Source: Pseudomonadota bacterium (GTDB taxonomy: Bacteria; Desulfobacterota; Desulfobacteria; Desulfobacterales; RPRI01). From it: DNA of 64,000 nucleotides. The notes beneath the pieces are model-generated. The model was not told where the DNA came from, did no database searches, and saw only the letters and a program-made list of their open reading frames with translations. Numbering within the stretch: position 1 is the stretch's first letter; every line of letters begins with the position of its first letter. The stretch is from assembly GCA_043825875.1 (NCBI GenBank), contig JBDRRF010000051.1, positions 1 through 64,000 on the forward strand, written 5' to 3'. Shown here one piece after another: positions 61,014 to 64,000 of the stretch. The position numbers were made by a program, and so were the translations under genes.

Positions 61014-64000
61014 AACGCGCTAAAGACCGTCTTCACCGGGTTATGATTATAGGAGCCACTCCTGCCGGAATTACAGCAGCAAACAAACTCGGCGAACTTG
61101 GCATTCCTGTAACTCTGGTAGATTCGGAATCAGATATAGATAGCAAACTAAACAATGAAAAATGGCGCTTAAATTCCGGTGTGCCCTTAAATTATGCACA
61201 TCGTCCCGGACTTGTAAGAATTTTCAGAAATCCGAATATTCAATGCATCTTACCTGCCGACATTAAATTTATAAAACACAGCCCTCAGGGTTTTATGGTA
61301 CGCCTTGAAAGGCATCGCACCTTTATAGATCCTGACAAATGCACACTATGCGGGCAATGTGTAGAAGTATGTCCTGTTGAAATCCCTGCTGACAGCGCAC
61401 AGGAAAAACAAAGCACAAAAAAAGCGGTTCATATCAACAGCCGCCACAGCCTTCCCGGCATGCCGGTAATTGATAAACGAAAAAGGCCACTATGTCAGGA
61501 AAACTGCCCGCTTGGAGTAAATGTCCAGGGATATATCGCACTTACAAAAGCCGGAAAATTTAATGAAGCACTTGAACTGATAAGAAGAGATAATGTTCTT
61601 CCGGCTGTCTGCGGCCGCATATGCACTCATCCGTGCGAAGCCGCATGCCGCAGAGGAGAACTGGACGGGCCTGTTGCCATAAGGGATATAAAGCGGTTTG
61701 TCACAGATTACCAAACCCCGAAATATGTAAAAACAGGTACGGTAAATGCAGAAAAAAAGACAGAAAAAATTGCTGTGATAGGCTCCGGTCCCTCAGGACT
61801 TGCGGCTGCGGCCGAGCTCGCACGTATGGGTTATCCGGTTACTGTTTTTGAGCAAGAAAAAATGGCGGGAGGCCTTCTTCGCTACGGCTTAGGTGCTCAC
61901 CGGCTACCAAGAGATATCCTCGATAAAGAAATTGAATATATCGAAAATCTGGGAGTACATTTCAAAACAGATCATCTTATTAATATGGATTCCGATATTG
62001 ATAAGATGAAAAACGATTTTCAATCAATTATTATCACTACCGGAGCATGGTCAGACAGACGGCTTGGAGTACCGGGCGAGGGTTTTGAAGGAATTGAGGG
62101 TTGCCTGTCTTTTCTTGTAAAATTTTATAGAAATGAAGCTCAAAAAATTAACGGGAAAATAGCTGTTATCGGCGACGGCAATGCGGCATTTGATCTTGCA
62201 AGAACACTGAAAAGAATTAATCCTGATGTTACAATCCTGTCATGGTTTGCAAAAGAACTCATCCCTGCAGAACCCGAAGAAGTAAAAGCAGCTATAGATG
62301 AAGGCATTATAATAAAAGACAGCACTCAAACTATCGAGTTTTTAGGTCAAAATGGCACACTGGATAAGCTTTTATGCGTACCCACAGAACCCGGAGAGCC
62401 GGATGAAAACAATATAGCCTGGCCTGTAAGAATAAAAGACAGCACCCCTTTTGAATTAAAATTTGATAAAGTCTTTGTCGCTATAGGCCAAAAAGGATCA
62501 TATAAAAATACCGGCAATAACCACGAGATTACGGCTAAATCCAATGGAACCATAGAAACGGATTATGCTTTCAGAACAAATCTTTCCGGGGTATATGCGG
62601 CAGGAGACACCGTGTCCGGCCCCAGTTCCGTTGTTTCTGCAATGGCAACCGGCAGACAGGTGGCACAAGCAGTGCATAAAGATATATGCAAAGCCCCCGG
62701 TGCAGCGGAAAGCATGCCTTCTGCCTTGCAACGGCCTGATAACAGGGATTTTGATGACATACCAAAATCATTAGCCTTTTGTGCACGCTCTGCCATGCCT
62801 GAACAGCAACCTGCCGAACGTATAAAATCTTTTACGGAGGTTGCCCTTGGTTTAGATGAATCACAGATTTCTTATGAAACTCAAAGATGTCTACAATGCG
62901 GAATATGTTCGGAATGCCTCCAATGCCAAAGTGTTTGCAGTGCAATCGGCGCAATAAACCATTCGCAGACACACGAAGAAATTATCGAGCACACCGGAGT
63001 AGTTATAATCGCAGATCCGGATATACACGCACAGGTAAAAGGCGATGACGTAATACGCGCATACGGTCCTAAAGCAGCAAAGCAGGACGTGCAGGACATG
63101 ATTGTACGCGGATATGCTTCAGCTGCTCAGGCAATGGTCCTTCTCCGCAAGAACTCACGCACTCCAAGAGGACATGGAATATCTTTTCTTGCGCCGGACC
63201 AGGGACTTTCTCCTGTTATTCGCATAGGTGTTTTTGCATGCAAATGCAATAATTCCATGGGGTGGCTCAATGATATGGACTCGTATATCAAAAGTTTGAA
63301 ATCTCAATCGGATATTGTTCATGCCGAAACAATAAATTCGGCATGTATTCCAGACGGCTCTTCCCATATTCTTAAAACTATACGTGACCTAGGCATTACA
63401 CGTGTTGTCCTTGCTTCATGCGTATGCTGCCCTTTAAACTTTATTTGCAGCGCATGTACTGACCAGAAAAGCAGACTAAAGGAAGCCCTGTTTGCAGCAA
63501 CAGGAGTGAGCCGTTCAATGGTGGAAACCTGTAACTTAAGAGGAGAAGTACTTCGCCTCGTAAATGATCATCCCAAAGCGGCTACTAATAAATTCATAGG
63601 GCTTATAAACCGTTCCATAGACCGTGCAAAGCAATTAAAAGCGCTTCCAGCCCTTGCAAGAAATTGCAATATGTCAACCGCCGTTATAGGAGAATCAGAG
63701 TCAGCTTTAACCAGTGCAATGACACTTGCGCAAACAGGATTCGATGTTTTTTTATTCGGATCATTCGAGCACCCGCCGGTTCATCCAAATATTCATATCT
63801 TTCAGGGAGCAACGCTAACAGGCTTAAGCGGGACAATCGGCGAATTTCAGCTTACAATACAAACACAGGATTTTGAGCAGACTATACATGCAGGCGCAGT
63901 AATACTCGGAGAAAAATCGCGTAAAAAGATTCAGTATATTCAACAGAAAGGGCTTGCCGGAATCAGCATAAAATCGGGAAGACAGAAAAAAGACATTTTG
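61010..64000 (+). CDS. HdrL-like Fe-S flavoprotein (HdrA modules with GltD-like insert), truncated by the window end
   Basis: Not in the ORF track; translated by hand from the ATGA overlap at 61010 and open to 64000; CTLCGQCVEVCP, CGRICTHPCEAACRR, GSGPSG, CLQCGICSECLQC, RIGVFACKC. Confidence 0.85.
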   Translation, partial: MKRAKDRLHRVMIIGATPAGITAANKLGELGIPVTLVDSESDIDSKLNNEKWRLNSGVPLNYAHRPGLVRIFRNPNIQCILPADIKFIKHSPQGFMVRLERHRTFIDPDKCTLCGQCVEVCPVEIPADSAQEKQSTKKAVHINSRHSLPGMPVIDKRKRPLCQENCPLGVNVQGYIALTKAGKFNEALELIRRDNVLPAVCGRICTHPCEAACRRGELDGPVAIRDIKRFVTDYQTPKYVKTGTVNAEKKTEKIAVIGSGPSGLAAAAELARMGYPVTVFEQEKMAGGLLRYGLGAHRLPRDILDKEIEYIENLGVHFKTDHLINMDSDIDKMKNDFQSIIITTGAWSDRRLGVPGEGFEGIEGCLSFLVKFYRNEAQKINGKIAVIGDGNAAFDLARTLKRINPDVTILSWFAKELIPAEPEEVKAAIDEGIIIKDSTQTIEFLGQNGTLDKLLCVPTEPGEPDENNIAWPVRIKDSTPFELKFDKVFVAIGQKGSYKNTGNNHEITAKSNGTIETDYAFRTNLSGVYAAGDTVSGPSSVVSAMATGRQVAQAVHKDICKAPGAAESMPSALQRPDNRDFDDIPKSLAFCARSAMPEQQPAERIKSFTEVALGLDESQISYETQRCLQCGICSECLQCQSVCSAIGAINHSQTHEEIIEHTGVVIIADPDIHAQVKGDDVIRAYGPKAAKQDVQDMIVRGYASAAQAMVLLRKNSRTPRGHGISFLAPDQGLSPVIRIGVFACKCNNSMGWLNDMDSYIKSLKSQSDIVHAETINSACIPDGSSHILKTIRDLGITRVVLASCVCCPLNFICSACTDQKSRLKEALFAATGVSRSMVETCNLRGEVLRLVNDHPKAATNKFIGLINRSIDRAKQLKALPALARNCNMSTAVIGESESALTSAMTLAQTGFDVFLFGSFEHPPVHPNIHIFQGATLTGLSGTIGEFQLTIQTQDFEQTIHAGAVILGEKSRKKIQYIQQKGLAGISIKSGRQKKDIL

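Noticed and set aside
61010..64000. Selenocysteine read-through or pseudogene as the reason no ORF was called
   Set aside because: Manual translation found no in-frame stop; the ORF is missing only because it runs off the window, and the short ORFs listed there are shadows.

Overview
Low-GC bacterial chromosome segment. Gene content (mitochondrial-EFG1-like EF-G, Ahb alternative heme pathway, HdrA-like flavoprotein, DivIVA/YggT/PilT) points by inference to a Desulfobacterales-type anaerobe. It is mostly housekeeping: typA, PBP1A, fusA, moaA, hemC, cobA-hemD, pilC, pyrD, HU, an ilvD-ilvB-ilvN-ilvC-cimA-leuA operon, proC, two pilT, ahbC-hemB-ahbD, and a 2-oxoacid:ferredoxin oxidoreductase operon running into a large HdrL-like ORF that is missing from the ORF track and cut off by the window end. 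A small accessory block holds a type III R-M system, an orphan rod-like flagellar gene, a pseudouridine synthase and an MFS transporter. Most notable observations: (1) an unannotated Leu/Ile/Val leader-peptide attenuator upstream of ilvD; (2) long-hairpin MITE/REP-like elements, where two variants with unrelated ends share a spaced core with compensatory stem changes; (3) a putative sigma28-driven operon of secreted FlgT-like, TPR-CsgG and CsgG-FN3 proteins followed by an AsmA-like protein with a 123-aa internal duplication; (4) a ClpX paralogue with no zinc finger and a C-terminal extension, heading the heme operon; (5) an HdrL-like protein with degenerate HdrA FAD motifs, coupled to the oxidoreductase. 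All family assignments come from motif recognition by eye; no searches were run.
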